Shown here in pieces: positions 35,124-45,874 of a stretch of DNA of 64,000 bases. Origin of the DNA: Syntrophus sp. (in: bacteria) (GTDB lineage: Bacteria > Desulfobacterota > Syntrophorhabdia > Syntrophorhabdales > Syntrophorhabdaceae); the NCBI GenBank assembly GCA_013824645.1, contig PNOF01000006.1, positions 6,029-70,028 of the forward strand. Reading direction: 5' to 3'. The notes below the pieces were generated by a model. It was given only the letters and a program-made list of their open reading frames with translations. It was not told where the DNA came from and ran no database searches. Both the position numbers and the translations under genes were made by a program. Numbering within the stretch: the stretch's first letter is position 1; every line of letters starts with the position of its first letter.

Positions 35124-36716
35124 TCATCTGCATCTTTCAGAAATATCAAGAAGTGCTTTTTTGTCTTTTTCCGTCTCGCGGGTAGCGACGAAGGCGGGGG
35201 TGGTGAATGCGTTCAGCGCATCTGTGACTGAAAGTACCCCTTCGGCAGAATCCTTTCTTCCCGTGAAGGGAAATATGTCCGGGGTCCTCTGACACTTGCA
35301 GTTGATATTTACCCTGCTCACCTGGTGGATAAGGACATTTATACAATGTGCCATCAGATCGGGGTCTCTACCGAAGATACTTGCCTGCTGGCCGTAATTG
35401 GACTCCACCGTGTAGCGCAAAGGTTCTTCTATGTCATCGTAGGAAACAATGGGAACAACAGGGCCGAATTGTTCTTCGTGATATATTCTCATCTGCGGAT
35501 TTACAGGATAAAGAATTGTCGGGTGGAAGAAGGTCCCCTCTGCCGTACCGCCTCCATTATTGACAATCCGGGCGTCATATTTCAGGGCATCCTTTATCAG
35601 GCCCGATAGATATGACGTTTTATCGGGCTCTACGAGGGGCGTTATGAATACATTCTTTTCCCAGGGCATCCCGCAGATGAGCCGCGACGCTTCTTCAGTA
35701 AAACGCTTCACAAAAACTTCTGCGATACTTCTGTGGACAAAGAATATCTTCAGCGCGGCGCACCGCTGGCCATTGAAGGCAAAGGCCCCCATAACAGATT
35801 CTTTTATGGCGACATCGAGGTCCGCATCGGGTAATATTATGGCCGGGTTTTTCGCCTCCAGACCGAGTACGCTCCGCAGTCGGTGCTGTTTCGGATGGAG
35901 CCTCTTCAGTGAAGAAGCGACACTGCTTGTGCCCACAAAGGCAAACAGATCGACCATGCCAGACGACATAAGCGGGGGGATAATCTGCTGCCCATCACCA
36001 AATACAATATTTACAACCCCTTCAGGAAAAGCATCCCGAAATACCCGAAGAAGAGGGCCAAACAAGAGCGCCCCGAATCTGGGCGGTTTAAAAATAACCG
36101 TATTCCCGGTGAGAAGCGCCGGTGCAATGGCGGTGAATGTTTCATATAAAGGGTAATTAAAGGGACCCATACAGAGTGCGACGCCGAGGGGGACCTTTTT
36201 CATTCTCCCTACTATTCCCTGTTCGCAGCTCAGTTTGAAAACAGCACGTTCCTGTTTTTTCAGGACCTTTATCGTATCCCTGATATAGACTATGGTACGG
36301 TCAAACTCTTTCAGCGAATCACCATAGGGTTTCCCTATTTCCCACATCAGTATTTTTGCAATATCTTCCCTTTTGTCCTTCATCCCCGACAAAAAGACTT
36401 CAAAGCATTTGATCCTCTCCTCGGCAGGCATAGCGGGCCAGCGTCCTTTCCCATTGTCAAAGGCTCTCCGCGACGCGTTAAGCGCCTCCATGGACTCAAC
36501 TTCGGTAAGGAGGGGATAGCCACCAATGATCTGAGGGGTTAATACTGAAGCAGTGCGTGTGCACACCGGAGAAAAGACTTCCCGGAAAAGACCCTCCCAG
36601 GTCCTCAAGGTTCCTCCTATCAGGTATTCTTTGAGCATAATGGGGTTTTCCAGAGCAAATTGTCTTGGTATATCTTTTGTTTCTGGAAAAAACGAATCCG
36701 TCCTCTTCTTTATCAT
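35124..36716 (-). CDS. NAD(P)-dependent aldehyde dehydrogenase family protein (GapN-like)
   Basis: 530 aa. ALDH blocks FKPP, LGLEAKNPAII (ELGGK-type Glu region), FAFNGQRCAALK (catalytic Cys) and EEQFGPV. Confidence 0.85.
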   Translation of the reverse strand: MIKKRTDSFFPETKDIPRQFALENPIMLKEYLIGGTLRTWEGLFREVFSPVCTRTASVLTPQIIGGYPLLTEVESMEALNASRRAFDNGKGRWPAMPAEERIKCFEVFLSGMKDKREDIAKILMWEIGKPYGDSLKEFDRTIVYIRDTIKVLKKQERAVFKLSCEQGIVGRMKKVPLGVALCMGPFNYPLYETFTAIAPALLTGNTVIFKPPRFGALLFGPLLRVFRDAFPEGVVNIVFGDGQQIIPPLMSSGMVDLFAFVGTSSVASSLKRLHPKQHRLRSVLGLEAKNPAIILPDADLDVAIKESVMGAFAFNGQRCAALKIFFVHRSIAEVFVKRFTEEASRLICGMPWEKNVFITPLVEPDKTSYLSGLIKDALKYDARIVNNGGGTAEGTFFHPTILYPVNPQMRIYHEEQFGPVVPIVSYDDIEEPLRYTVESNYGQQASIFGRDPDLMAHCINVLIHQVSRVNINCKCQRTPDIFPFTGRKDSAEGVLSVTDALNAFTTPAFVATRETEKDKKALLDISERCR

Positions 36717-36919
36717 CTTCAGATATTCCTCATATGGCCTGTTGTGGCATAACGATACAAAAACCCCTAATTATATAGAAAAAAGCCCCCGATGTCATCA
36801 ACCTTTCATAAAGAATTCAGCCCCTGCTCTTTCAGGACAGAGGCTGAATATATTGCGACAATCTTGCGTAGTCCTCATCCGTAAACTCATGATAAGGCTA
36901 TCAGTTTTCGAATCGGAAA

Positions 36920-38497
36920 CTAGCGTAATTTAAAACGCTGTATCTTCCCCGTTGAGCTCTTCGGAAGTTCCTTGATAAATTCTACCCAGCGGGGGTATTT
37001 GTACTTGGCCACATGGTCCAGCACCCACTGCTGTATTTCCTTTCCCAGGTCTTCTGAGGGTTCTTGCCCCTCGTTGAGTACGACCCATGCCTTGGGCTTC
37101 ACGAGGCCCTTTTCATCGTTCTTTGCCGTTACGGCTACTTCAAAAACAGCCGCATGGCCCATAATACAGTTTTCAACTTCAACAGGAGATACCCAGATAC
37201 CGCCCACTTTCAGCATATCGTCACCACGACCGGCGCACCAGTAGTAGCCGTCTTGATCAACATAGTATTTGTCGCCCGTGTTGATCCATTCACCCTGCAT
37301 GGTAGCCATCGTCTTTTCCCTTTTTTTCCAGTACTGCTGGGCGGCGCTTCCACCCTTTACCAGGAGCATGCCGATTTCTCCCTCAGGCACATCCTGACCA
37401 TTATCATCAATAAGTTTCAATTCATAACCAGGGACGGCCTTCCCTGTAGAACCCGCCTTCACTTCGCCAGGCCGGTTGCAGATAAAGATATGAAGCAGTT
37501 CAGTGGTGCCGATGCCGTCAATAATTTCAACACCGAAACGTTCTTTCCAACGGATATAGATATCAGGAGGCAGCGCCTCGCCTGCGGAGACGCAAAGGCG
37601 GACAGATTTAAATTCGTGGTCTCCCTTCGGGTCAGGTTTTGTACCATTTTCTTTATCCTGCTTTTCCTTATACTCCAGCATCTGGCCGTATAATGTGGGG
37701 ATTCCAAAGTACACGGTGACGCCATATTTGGCAATATACTGGAAAACACTCTCAGGCTTAGGTGGGCCCGCATTGAGCACTACCGAAGCGCCTACGCCAA
37801 AGGGGAGATAATTGCTGTTACCAAGACCGTAGGCAAAGAAGAGTCTCGCCGATGAATAGAGTATATCTTTTTCCGTCAGTTTTAAAACGCCCTTTCCAAA
37901 ACCCTCTAAGGACGCTACCATGTCATGCTCTGAATGGATGGCGCCCTTTGGCGCTCCTGTCGACCCTGAGCTGTAGAGCCACAGGGCAACGTCATCTTTG
38001 GTTGTAAACTCAGTCTTGATGGTCTCCGGTGCATGTCTGTACATCTGTTTGAAGGGCAATAAGGCGCCATCTTCCTCTGAGATAACGATAAGATCACGAA
38101 GGTAGAGAAGATCACCGGTGATCTTCGTGACAAGAGGAAGGAGCGAGTCTGAAATAACGAGTACCCGCGCCCGGCTGTCATTCAAATAATACTCGTAGTC
38201 GGCAGGGGTAAGCATGGTATTTATGGGAATCGGCACTGCCCCTATTTTGATGGAACCCCAAAACACCGCATAGAACTGCGGTACATCAAGCATGAGTATC
38301 ATGACACGATCATCGATATGCACCCCGAGTTCGCGCAATCCGTTGGCATTCTTGTTAATCATCTTCTGTAAGTTTTTATAGGTATAGTTTCTTAAATCCG
38401 TATATACCGCTACCTTGTCGCCTCTACCCTCACGGACATTCCGGTCGATAAAATAATCCGCTGCATTGAAAAATTCTGCTGAGCCACCGTGAATCAT
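36920..38497 (-). CDS. benzoate-CoA ligase-family AMP-forming acyl-CoA ligase
   Basis: 525 aa with AAGGAGGAG upstream. N-terminal FNAADYFIDRNVREGRGDKVA, AMP-binding YSSGSTGAPKG, YFGIPT, TGD.Y..D.DGY....GR.DDMLKVGG.WVSP, and C-terminal GKIQRFKLR. Confidence 0.8.
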   Translation of the reverse strand: MIHGGSAEFFNAADYFIDRNVREGRGDKVAVYTDLRNYTYKNLQKMINKNANGLRELGVHIDDRVMILMLDVPQFYAVFWGSIKIGAVPIPINTMLTPADYEYYLNDSRARVLVISDSLLPLVTKITGDLLYLRDLIVISEEDGALLPFKQMYRHAPETIKTEFTTKDDVALWLYSSGSTGAPKGAIHSEHDMVASLEGFGKGVLKLTEKDILYSSARLFFAYGLGNSNYLPFGVGASVVLNAGPPKPESVFQYIAKYGVTVYFGIPTLYGQMLEYKEKQDKENGTKPDPKGDHEFKSVRLCVSAGEALPPDIYIRWKERFGVEIIDGIGTTELLHIFICNRPGEVKAGSTGKAVPGYELKLIDDNGQDVPEGEIGMLLVKGGSAAQQYWKKREKTMATMQGEWINTGDKYYVDQDGYYWCAGRGDDMLKVGGIWVSPVEVENCIMGHAAVFEVAVTAKNDEKGLVKPKAWVVLNEGQEPSEDLGKEIQQWVLDHVAKYKYPRWVEFIKELPKSSTGKIQRFKLR

Positions 38498-38574
38498 ATC
38501 TCCTCCTTACATTGTACTCTTGGTTTAACGTTGCATATGAGCGCTTCCATGAACTTTTACGCAGCACTTTAATT

Positions 38575-39759
38575 TTAACACTGTACATATTCGATATTCA
38601 AGAGTTTTCCCATCTTTATAAGCTTTTCCGCAAGGAGCTTGACAATGATCTCCCTGGGGTAAATCCCCATTTGTCTGAATATGCTGGTCTGATGCCCTGT
38701 ATTCACTGCCCCGCCGATAATAAAGTTTATCACATCAGAACTGTGGAACAATTTGTACAGATCAGCCACAGAAGATTGCGACTCAATATTTCGAGCATCT
38801 TCCTCAATTATATTATACACTTGATTTAACGTAAGAGCACCTTCAGTGGTGTAATCGATCCCCTCAATCTCATACGAAGGCGGCTTGTGAAAAGCCTGCG
38901 AAACTTCCATTATTTTCACCGGCACCCCCAGATAACGCCCAACCATCTCTGCCGTAGAGGAACCGCAGACCACTTTGAGCCCTTTCATCTCCATAAAACG
39001 GCGAACAGTTTCTCCATCCTTCTTCTTGTTTTCCGGTGGGCCTGTAAGAATATTCAGGGTCCTTGCCTCCCTGCAGGTGAGCACAAGACAGGTCGTATCA
39101 TCACCCAGAGACGTTCCTGAGATTGCCCTCACTTTTGCGAGGACTTTCGCCGGCATATCGGCAACAGTTGTCCCCTGGGTCAGACAGCCGTTCATAAAAT
39201 CGCAGGCGCCCTCTATGCCCCAGCCAAGACGGTACTGGTGGCCAAGACCTGCCTGGCTGACGCCGTCGCTGACCATGGCAATGCCATCGCCATAATCAAG
39301 CAGGCAATTGACTTCCGAGATCATTTCGAGACCCATAGGGAAAGCTCTCTGTATCGGTAAGTAGGCCGCCAGACGGTTGTTGATAAAAACAGGAGCAGGT
39401 ATCTCATAGGAGATAACGGTGGCATGACCGCTGTTCAATACCCGGCATACGGAAAAGGCCGCGAAAGGAATGTCTCTGGTCCTCGCTTCATGCATTGTAT
39501 CAACAAGCTTCTCACAGGCCTCTCTCAGGGTAAAACCGAGACGGATAAGCTCCATGAGTCGCGAGGCACACATGACCGCCGCGACACGGGCCTTGATACC
39601 TGTGCCGATTCCATCGGCCACAATAGCCGTGGTAGCCTCAGCGGTACGCTCCACGAGAATGTAGTCACCACAGATACCATCCGGTTTTTTCGGACCCTGG
39701 GCGAAATAGATCTCGATGTACTTCCTGGGGTCATCGGGTTTCGGGTTCATCGCCCTCAC
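38575..39759 (-). CDS. SpoIIE/PP2C-family serine phosphatase
   Basis: 394 aa. CGDYILVER...IVADGIGTGIKA...MVSDGV...GDDTTCLVL is the SpoIIE-type metal-binding pattern, followed by a ~130-aa extra C-domain. Overlaps the hydS end by 29 nt (the start may be the ATG at 39750). Confidence 0.75.
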   Translation of the reverse strand: MRAMNPKPDDPRKYIEIYFAQGPKKPDGICGDYILVERTAEATTAIVADGIGTGIKARVAAVMCASRLMELIRLGFTLREACEKLVDTMHEARTRDIPFAAFSVCRVLNSGHATVISYEIPAPVFINNRLAAYLPIQRAFPMGLEMISEVNCLLDYGDGIAMVSDGVSQAGLGHQYRLGWGIEGACDFMNGCLTQGTTVADMPAKVLAKVRAISGTSLGDDTTCLVLTCREARTLNILTGPPENKKKDGETVRRFMEMKGLKVVCGSSTAEMVGRYLGVPVKIMEVSQAFHKPPSYEIEGIDYTTEGALTLNQVYNIIEEDARNIESQSSVADLYKLFHSSDVINFIIGGAVNTGHQTSIFRQMGIYPREIIVKLLAEKLIKMGKLLNIEYVQC

Positions 39760-41458
39760 TTAAGGTCATCAGTTTTCTTACCAGCTCTTCACCCCTGGCA
39801 GTACTTTCACCGAGAAACTGGGCAATAGTTTGCGCCATTTTCAGTTGGTGTTCCAGAAGCTCACTCGCCTGGGCAACGGTCTGGGAACGTATCTCTTTGA
39901 GCTGTTTCTGCTGTTCTTCCTGACTGGTAATATTTATAAAGATGCCTACAATCTGACGTTCGTCTTTGAGCATGTAAAAGAGTTCCCTGGTAAGGAGATT
40001 GTAGTGGCGGTGCGAAACGGTAATATCAAGAGTCTCAGTGATACCGGATATAAGTTTTTCGAAGGGCGCCGGGTCCATCAGATAGGAAACATGTCTACCA
40101 AGTACGGCATCAGTACAGGAGAAGAACCGTTTGAAAGCAGGGCTCATGGCTAAAATGTTCAATTCCTCATCGACAATGATGACACCATTGGGTGTTGTAT
40201 TGAAAATCTGGTCTGTTCTGCGCTCTGCAAGCCTCCTCATATAGGGTATGCACATCTCGGGTTCTGCCATTCCCTGAACCACGGCAATAGCCTTCTCGCG
40301 ACAACTGTCATATCCGCAAGCACCGCAGTTGAGCTGCTGCTGGGGATCTGCTTTTCCTGTTTTTTCAAGTACTTGCAATATCTCTTCTTCCGTTACTGTA
40401 CTGATAATATCTTTTCTTTGAAAGACTGCGCGGAAGAGACCTTCGTCTTCTACTTCGGGCGCCACATAGGCATCAATCTTTTCGTTGTCGTATTCGATGA
40501 TATCTTTCCGTCTTTCAAAGAGGTTAGTTTCCTTATTGATCCCCGGTCCGTTGATACAGCCCTGACTGCAAAAAAGCGGCTCTATCAGCGAATAAGGCGA
40601 TCCAGTCCCGACATCATCGAAAAGGGCCCGCACGTTTTCAATACTATCCACGCGGACTTGTTTCAATTCAAATCCATCATCATCAAATCCGGCTGTCTTT
40701 ATCATGGCGCCCGGCAGCGGATACAACTGGGCACAGTGCACCGGCTTCTCATCAAGATCACCTTCCTCGCAGTTGGAAAGATGAATCCCTTTTTGTTCAA
40801 GCCATATCATCAATTCCCCGAAGGTAAGCACACAATCCACCGATCCTGCTATATCCGGTCTGTATAGTTCCGTTTTTTTAGCAACACAGGGACCTATGAA
40901 GACAACTTTTGTATTACTCCCAAGTTTTTTCTTTAACATTCTCCCATGGGCCACCATAGGGGACACAATAGGGAGAAGGTTATCAACAAGTTCCGGCCGG
41001 TATTTTTCAATATAATGGACGAGGGCCGGACAGGCTGTACCAATATAGGTTTTTGACGGATCTTTTTCCACAAGTCTTTTGGCATGGATCGAGACCTGGT
41101 AAGCCCCCTGGGATGTCTGCCCTACATACCGGAAACCCAGCGCCCGTAAAGCTGATGCAAGACGTGTCCGTTCCCATTTGGTAAAAACTGCGGCAAAAGA
41201 AGGGGCAAGGCTTGCGGCAACATAAGCGCCTTCGTCGATAAATTGCTGAGCAACATCAATATCATGACGAAAGGTTTTGGCCTGCTGGGGACACTCACGA
41301 ATACAGGTCCCACAGGCAATACAGCGTTTTTCGTCTACATAGGCTTGTCCTTTATCCATACGGATGGCCTTCACGGGACAACTTCTCAGGCACCGGTAGC
41401 AATCTCTGCAGCGGGCTGTAAGGGTAAAGACAATCTGATGCAGTCCCCTGTCAACCAT
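39731..41458 (-). CDS. hydS: sensory-type [FeFe]-hydrogenase-like protein with C-terminal PAS domain (HydS-like)
   Basis: Two ferredoxin-type CxxCxxCxxxCP motifs. The H-cluster domain has altered motifs GTACPALV / IGPCVAKK / EPLFCSQGCINGPG, then a Cys-rich linker CGACGYDSC and a PAS segment (FNTTPNGVIIVDEELNILAMSPAF). Start set at ATG 41458 (GGGAGAG upstream). Confidence 0.85.
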   Translation of the reverse strand: MVDRGLHQIVFTLTARCRDCYRCLRSCPVKAIRMDKGQAYVDEKRCIACGTCIRECPQQAKTFRHDIDVAQQFIDEGAYVAASLAPSFAAVFTKWERTRLASALRALGFRYVGQTSQGAYQVSIHAKRLVEKDPSKTYIGTACPALVHYIEKYRPELVDNLLPIVSPMVAHGRMLKKKLGSNTKVVFIGPCVAKKTELYRPDIAGSVDCVLTFGELMIWLEQKGIHLSNCEEGDLDEKPVHCAQLYPLPGAMIKTAGFDDDGFELKQVRVDSIENVRALFDDVGTGSPYSLIEPLFCSQGCINGPGINKETNLFERRKDIIEYDNEKIDAYVAPEVEDEGLFRAVFQRKDIISTVTEEEILQVLEKTGKADPQQQLNCGACGYDSCREKAIAVVQGMAEPEMCIPYMRRLAERRTDQIFNTTPNGVIIVDEELNILAMSPAFKRFFSCTDAVLGRHVSYLMDPAPFEKLISGITETLDITVSHRHYNLLTRELFYMLKDERQIVGIFINITSQEEQQKQLKEIRSQTVAQASELLEHQLKMAQTIAQFLGESTARGEELVRKLMTLSEGDEPETR

Positions 41459-43487
41459 GGTCTCTCCCTTCGCTTTGCAAAAATCCTCCTGTCTCTCTCT
41501 CGATTGCTTCCTGGGCCATTTCAACGGTACATCCATCAATTATATTCTCTCCCACTCTGATAACAGGCCCTTTGTCACACTTCTCAAAACAGAATGACGC
41601 GCTTACATCGACAATGCTGCCCAAATCACGGACTTTGATGTATTCCAGGATGTTATGAAGAAGTCTTTGAGAACCTTTCAGAAAACAGCCGGTGCCGAAG
41701 CAGACATTCACTTCAACGCTGTGCTCCCCGGAAGAGGGACTCAGCATCATGCCTTCATCGGTAATTCGCTTCCTTGTATGGTAACTCGTATGAAGGAGCT
41801 TATGGGCCTTATCGCCGCCTACCTCGCCGAGGACCTTACTATAAAGCTCCGTGATATAAGGATTATCCTGTGACTTATGAAGCTGGAGCATGCGGTCGTT
41901 TTCGTAAATACCTTTTGTTCTTTTGCGCATTGCCTCCATATTGGCAAATACGGGTTGTCCTGCCCCGCCGACGCAACCCCCGGGGCATGCCATAACCTCA
42001 ACAAAGTCATAGTGTGCCTCACCGGACTTCACCTTTTCAATGAGTTTACGAGCATTGCCGAGGCCGCTTACCACGGCAAGGGAAAACTCGCGGCCATTGA
42101 CGGTAAGACTCGCTTCGCGGATACCCTCTTCACCACGAACACTGGTAAATTCATAATTTTCTCTTTTCTGGCCCGTCAGTTTTTCCGTAAGATACCTTAA
42201 GACCGCTTCGCTTACCCCTCCGGAATTCCCGAAGATGACACCTGCTCCCGTTTTAAACCCGAAGGGCAGATGGAACGATTCCGGCTCCAGTTCCCTGAAA
42301 TGAAGTCCCGCCTCTTCGATCATACGACCCAGTTCCTGGGTAGTGAGGACATGGTCTACATCGCTGATCCCGTCTCGGGTAAATTCAGGCCGCTTTGCTT
42401 CGAACTTTTTTGCCGTGCAGGGCATAATGGAGACAACTACGATATCTTCCCTTTCCATTCCAAGATCAGAGGCTAAAATCTCCTTTGCGAGAGCGCCGAA
42501 CATCTGTTGCGGAGAACGGCACGTTGAGAGGTGACGAATATATTCAGGATAATACTGCTCCACAAACTTCACCCATGCCGGACAGCAGGAGGTGAACTGG
42601 GGGATATTATTGTTGTTCTCGATTCGCTTAACAAATTCATTACTCTCCTCCAGAACGGTGAGATCTGCCGTAAAGGATGTATCGAAGACCTTGTCAAAGC
42701 CAAGCGCGCGCAGAGCCGCTACAATCTGACCCGACATGGTCACACCGGGTTCCAGCCCGAAAACCTCTCCTAATGCAACCCGAACTGCCGGAGCAATCTG
42801 GGCAACAACAACCTTCCGGGGATTATGTAGGGCCTTCCAGACTTGGTCCACTTCCGGTTTTGGTGTAAGAGCGCCGGTAGGACAAACACGGGCGCATTGA
42901 CCACAGTTGACACATTCCACCTCGTTCAAATCCTTGCCGAAGGAGGGTATAACCATCGTCTGAGCCCCTCTGTAGGCAAAATCTATAGCGCCCACAGATT
43001 GTATTTCGGAGCATATCCGCACACAATCGCCACAGAGAGTACATTTGTTTGCGTCACGGACAAGTGAAGGGGAAGAATCATCAATGGGAAGGTCTCTGGC
43101 CTGGCTCTTGAAACGGACCTTCGTAATACCGAGACGCCGCGCAAGGGCCTGTAGTTGACAGGTAGCGCTTTTCGGACAGGTTGGGCACGTCTGGCTATGG
43201 TTGGCCAAAAGGAGTTCCACGATGATCTTTCGCATATCGCGGATTTCTTCCGTATTGGTTTTCACCTTCATCCAGGAGGCAGGCGTAGTGGAGCATGCCG
43301 AAACAAGGCCGATACCGTCCACCTCTACCATACAAAGACGGCAGGCACCGTAGACACTTAGCTCTGAATGATAACAGAAGGTGGGGAGGTCGATTTTAGC
43401 CTTCCTGATAATCTCCAGCAGGTTTTTTTCGTTATCAATAGGGATTTCATTATTATCAATAGTAATGTAAAGACTCTCTTTCATCAC
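41451..43487 (-). CDS. hydA: [FeFe]-hydrogenase catalytic subunit with C-terminal thioredoxin-like [2Fe-2S] domain
   Basis: 678 aa. NuoG-like N-terminus (2Fe-2S, His-ligated 4Fe-4S, 2x ferredoxin). Canonical H-cluster motifs FTSCCPAWV, MPCTAKKFE and EVMACPGGCVGGAGQP. The C-terminal CFGTGC...FCFEKC domain resembles Thermotoga-type HydA. Confidence 0.9.
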   Translation of the reverse strand: MMKESLYITIDNNEIPIDNEKNLLEIIRKAKIDLPTFCYHSELSVYGACRLCMVEVDGIGLVSACSTTPASWMKVKTNTEEIRDMRKIIVELLLANHSQTCPTCPKSATCQLQALARRLGITKVRFKSQARDLPIDDSSPSLVRDANKCTLCGDCVRICSEIQSVGAIDFAYRGAQTMVIPSFGKDLNEVECVNCGQCARVCPTGALTPKPEVDQVWKALHNPRKVVVAQIAPAVRVALGEVFGLEPGVTMSGQIVAALRALGFDKVFDTSFTADLTVLEESNEFVKRIENNNNIPQFTSCCPAWVKFVEQYYPEYIRHLSTCRSPQQMFGALAKEILASDLGMEREDIVVVSIMPCTAKKFEAKRPEFTRDGISDVDHVLTTQELGRMIEEAGLHFRELEPESFHLPFGFKTGAGVIFGNSGGVSEAVLRYLTEKLTGQKRENYEFTSVRGEEGIREASLTVNGREFSLAVVSGLGNARKLIEKVKSGEAHYDFVEVMACPGGCVGGAGQPVFANMEAMRKRTKGIYENDRMLQLHKSQDNPYITELYSKVLGEVGGDKAHKLLHTSYHTRKRITDEGMMLSPSSGEHSVEVNVCFGTGCFLKGSQRLLHNILEYIKVRDLGSIVDVSASFCFEKCDKGPVIRVGENIIDGCTVEMAQEAIERETGGFLQSEGRDHG

Positions 43488-45379
43488 TTGCCTCCTTTTA
43501 TGGCCTCAAACCTACAGGATACAACACAGTTGCCGCATTTCGTGCAGAGTTTTTCGTCAATATGGTACGGTTTTCCTTTCTCACCGGTAATAGCTGAAAC
43601 AGGGCATTTCTTTGCGCAAAGCATGCAGCCTGTACAGAGTGTCTCGTCAATATGGAACCTTGTCAGGGCTTTACATTTGCCTGTGGGGCAGTATTTGTCC
43701 TTCACGTGGGCTTCATATTCGTCACGAAAATGTCTGAGCGTGGAAAGGACCGGATTGGGCGCTGTCTTCCCAAGACCGCAGAGGGAACCTTTCTGCACGG
43801 CATAAGCTAAGTCCTGGAGGATTGTAAGCGTGTTTTCATCGGCCCTGCCCTCAATGATATCATCAAGGAGCAGCAGCATCTGTTTTGTGCCTTCGCGACA
43901 GAGGACACACTTACCACAGGATTCACTCTGGGTGAATTGCATGAAAAACCTGGCGATACTCACCATACAGGTGTTTTTATTCAATACCACAAGGCCTCCG
44001 GAACCAACCATGGCACCCACCTTCTTCACGGAATCAAAATCTATGGGGAGATCGAGATGATCTGCTGTAAGGCATCCTCCTGAGGGCCCTCCGATTTGAA
44101 CAGCCTTGAAACCGTTGTTTAGGGGCTTCCCGGCATCAGAAGTGATGCCACCGGCAACATCGAATACAATCTGGCGCAGTGTCGTCCCCAATGACATCTC
44201 AACAAGACCCGCATTCGCCACGTGACCTGTGACTGCAAAGGTCTTTGTGCCCGGAGAGTCCGCTGTACCCATTTCCCGGTATTTATTAATACCAACAGAA
44301 AGAATGAGCGGTATTGTTGATAAGGTTTCGACATTGTTGATGACTGTTGGCTTACCCCAGAGACCGCTTTGCACAGGATAAGGCGGCTTCGGTGACGGCA
44401 TGCCCCGTTTCCCCTCGATGGAGGCTATTAAAGCCGTCTCTTCTCCGCATACAAAGGCGCCTGCGCCTTCCATGACCTTGAGATCAAAAGTGTAGTCAGA
44501 GCCGAAAATATGCTTTCCCAGGACACCGAGCTTATATGCATCATCTATTGCCTTGCGCACCCGTTTCACTGCAAGGGGGTATTCTGCACGGACATAAACA
44601 TACCCTTCATCTGCCTCAATAGCCATGGCTGCAATAATCATCCCCTCAATGACGCTGTGGGGGTTCCCTTCCATGATGCCCATATCCATAAAAGCGCCCG
44701 GATCACCCTCATCACCATTACAGATGATATACTTTTTCTCATTCTTCTGCTCTCTTGCAAGGTCCCATTTTTTTCCCGTAGGGAAACCGCCGCCGCCTCT
44801 GCCCCGTAAACCTGAAGCAATTATTAAACGGCATATGTCTTCTGACGTCATTTCAAGACAGGCCTGCGCGCCGGAAATGTACCCTCCCTCGGCAATATAT
44901 TCCCGTATATCTTCAGGATCAATACGCCCGCACTTATCAAGAACAAACCGACGTTGTTTCTGATAAAAGGGCATCTCCTGGGCTCCGGAGCAGAGTTTTT
45001 TTGTTCCCGGTTCAATGTAGAGGAGCCGGTGGAGGAGTTCCCCTTTCTTCAGGGTTGTCTCCACAATATCTTTTACATCATCGGCTTTGACCTTTGTATA
45101 GAGTATCCCCTCCGGCAATATCGTCACCAGCGGGCCTATCTGGCAAAAACCCTGACATCCGCTTTTTGATGCAGAGGCCCTGCCATTTTCCTCTTTCAAC
45201 TCCGTAGCAACGGCAAGTTTTGATTCGGCAATGGACTTTAAAAATTCTTCGTATACCTTCATGGACCCATTCACCAGACATCCCGTTCCGGCGCACACGA
45301 TGACCCTGTTTGTTGCGACAGCCTGTTGCTTATGAAAATCTTCTCCTATCTTATTCAATCCTGCTAGAGTCAGATTCAT
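43484..45379 (-). CDS. hydB: NuoF-like flavoprotein subunit of NADH-dependent hydrogenase
   Basis: N-terminal Cys-complete 2Fe-2S domain (VCAGTGC...GCQGFCQIGP), GLRGRGGGGFPTG, SCGKCVLCREGT, and C-terminal 2x[4Fe-4S] (CTGCMLCAKKCP, CTKCGNCVVSC). Start set at ATG 45379 (GGGAGG 6 nt upstream). ATGA overlap with hydA. Confidence 0.9.
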   Translation of the reverse strand: MNLTLAGLNKIGEDFHKQQAVATNRVIVCAGTGCLVNGSMKVYEEFLKSIAESKLAVATELKEENGRASASKSGCQGFCQIGPLVTILPEGILYTKVKADDVKDIVETTLKKGELLHRLLYIEPGTKKLCSGAQEMPFYQKQRRFVLDKCGRIDPEDIREYIAEGGYISGAQACLEMTSEDICRLIIASGLRGRGGGGFPTGKKWDLAREQKNEKKYIICNGDEGDPGAFMDMGIMEGNPHSVIEGMIIAAMAIEADEGYVYVRAEYPLAVKRVRKAIDDAYKLGVLGKHIFGSDYTFDLKVMEGAGAFVCGEETALIASIEGKRGMPSPKPPYPVQSGLWGKPTVINNVETLSTIPLILSVGINKYREMGTADSPGTKTFAVTGHVANAGLVEMSLGTTLRQIVFDVAGGITSDAGKPLNNGFKAVQIGGPSGGCLTADHLDLPIDFDSVKKVGAMVGSGGLVVLNKNTCMVSIARFFMQFTQSESCGKCVLCREGTKQMLLLLDDIIEGRADENTLTILQDLAYAVQKGSLCGLGKTAPNPVLSTLRHFRDEYEAHVKDKYCPTGKCKALTRFHIDETLCTGCMLCAKKCPVSAITGEKGKPYHIDEKLCTKCGNCVVSCRFEAIKGGK

Positions 45380-45860
45380 ATTGCGCCTCCCTGGTAATAA
45401 TTTCATCAATAATAGCCGCCGCACGCTGTGAAGTGACTTGGCCGAAGACTTCCTCGTTTATGACCATGGCCGGGGCAAGGCCGCAGGCGCCGAGACAGTT
45501 GACGGTCTCTAAGGTAAAAAGCATATCATCACTTGTTTCCCGTCCATCACCAAGGTTGAGCTTATCGGAGAGCGTTTTATAGAGTCCCATAGACCCTTTC
45601 ACGTGACAGGCAGTTCCATTGCAGATTCTGATAAGATATTTCCCCTTAGGCTTAAGGGTAAAAAGGGAATAAAAAGTAGCAACCCCAAAAACTCTTGCCG
45701 GTGGAATCCCTAATGAGGTAGCAACGAAGGTGAGGATTTCCTCGGGCAGATAACGGTATTCTGCCTGTACGGCCTGTAGGATCGGGATTAAGCGCGAAGG
45801 ATTCCTTCCATTCCGGTCCACAATTTCGCAAACCCTTTCAAATTTTCTCATTGTTTCCAT
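45351..45860 (-). CDS. hydC: NuoE-like [2Fe-2S] subunit
   Basis: LIPILQAVQ..Y.YLP, ICNGTACHVKG and CLGACGLAPAMVIN. The start is uncertain (ATG 45860 or TTG 45869). Confidence 0.85.
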   Translation of the reverse strand: METMRKFERVCEIVDRNGRNPSRLIPILQAVQAEYRYLPEEILTFVATSLGIPPARVFGVATFYSLFTLKPKGKYLIRICNGTACHVKGSMGLYKTLSDKLNLGDGRETSDDMLFTLETVNCLGACGLAPAMVINEEVFGQVTSQRAAAIIDEIITREAQYESDSSRIE

Positions 45861-45874
45861 TCTCGTCAATCTCC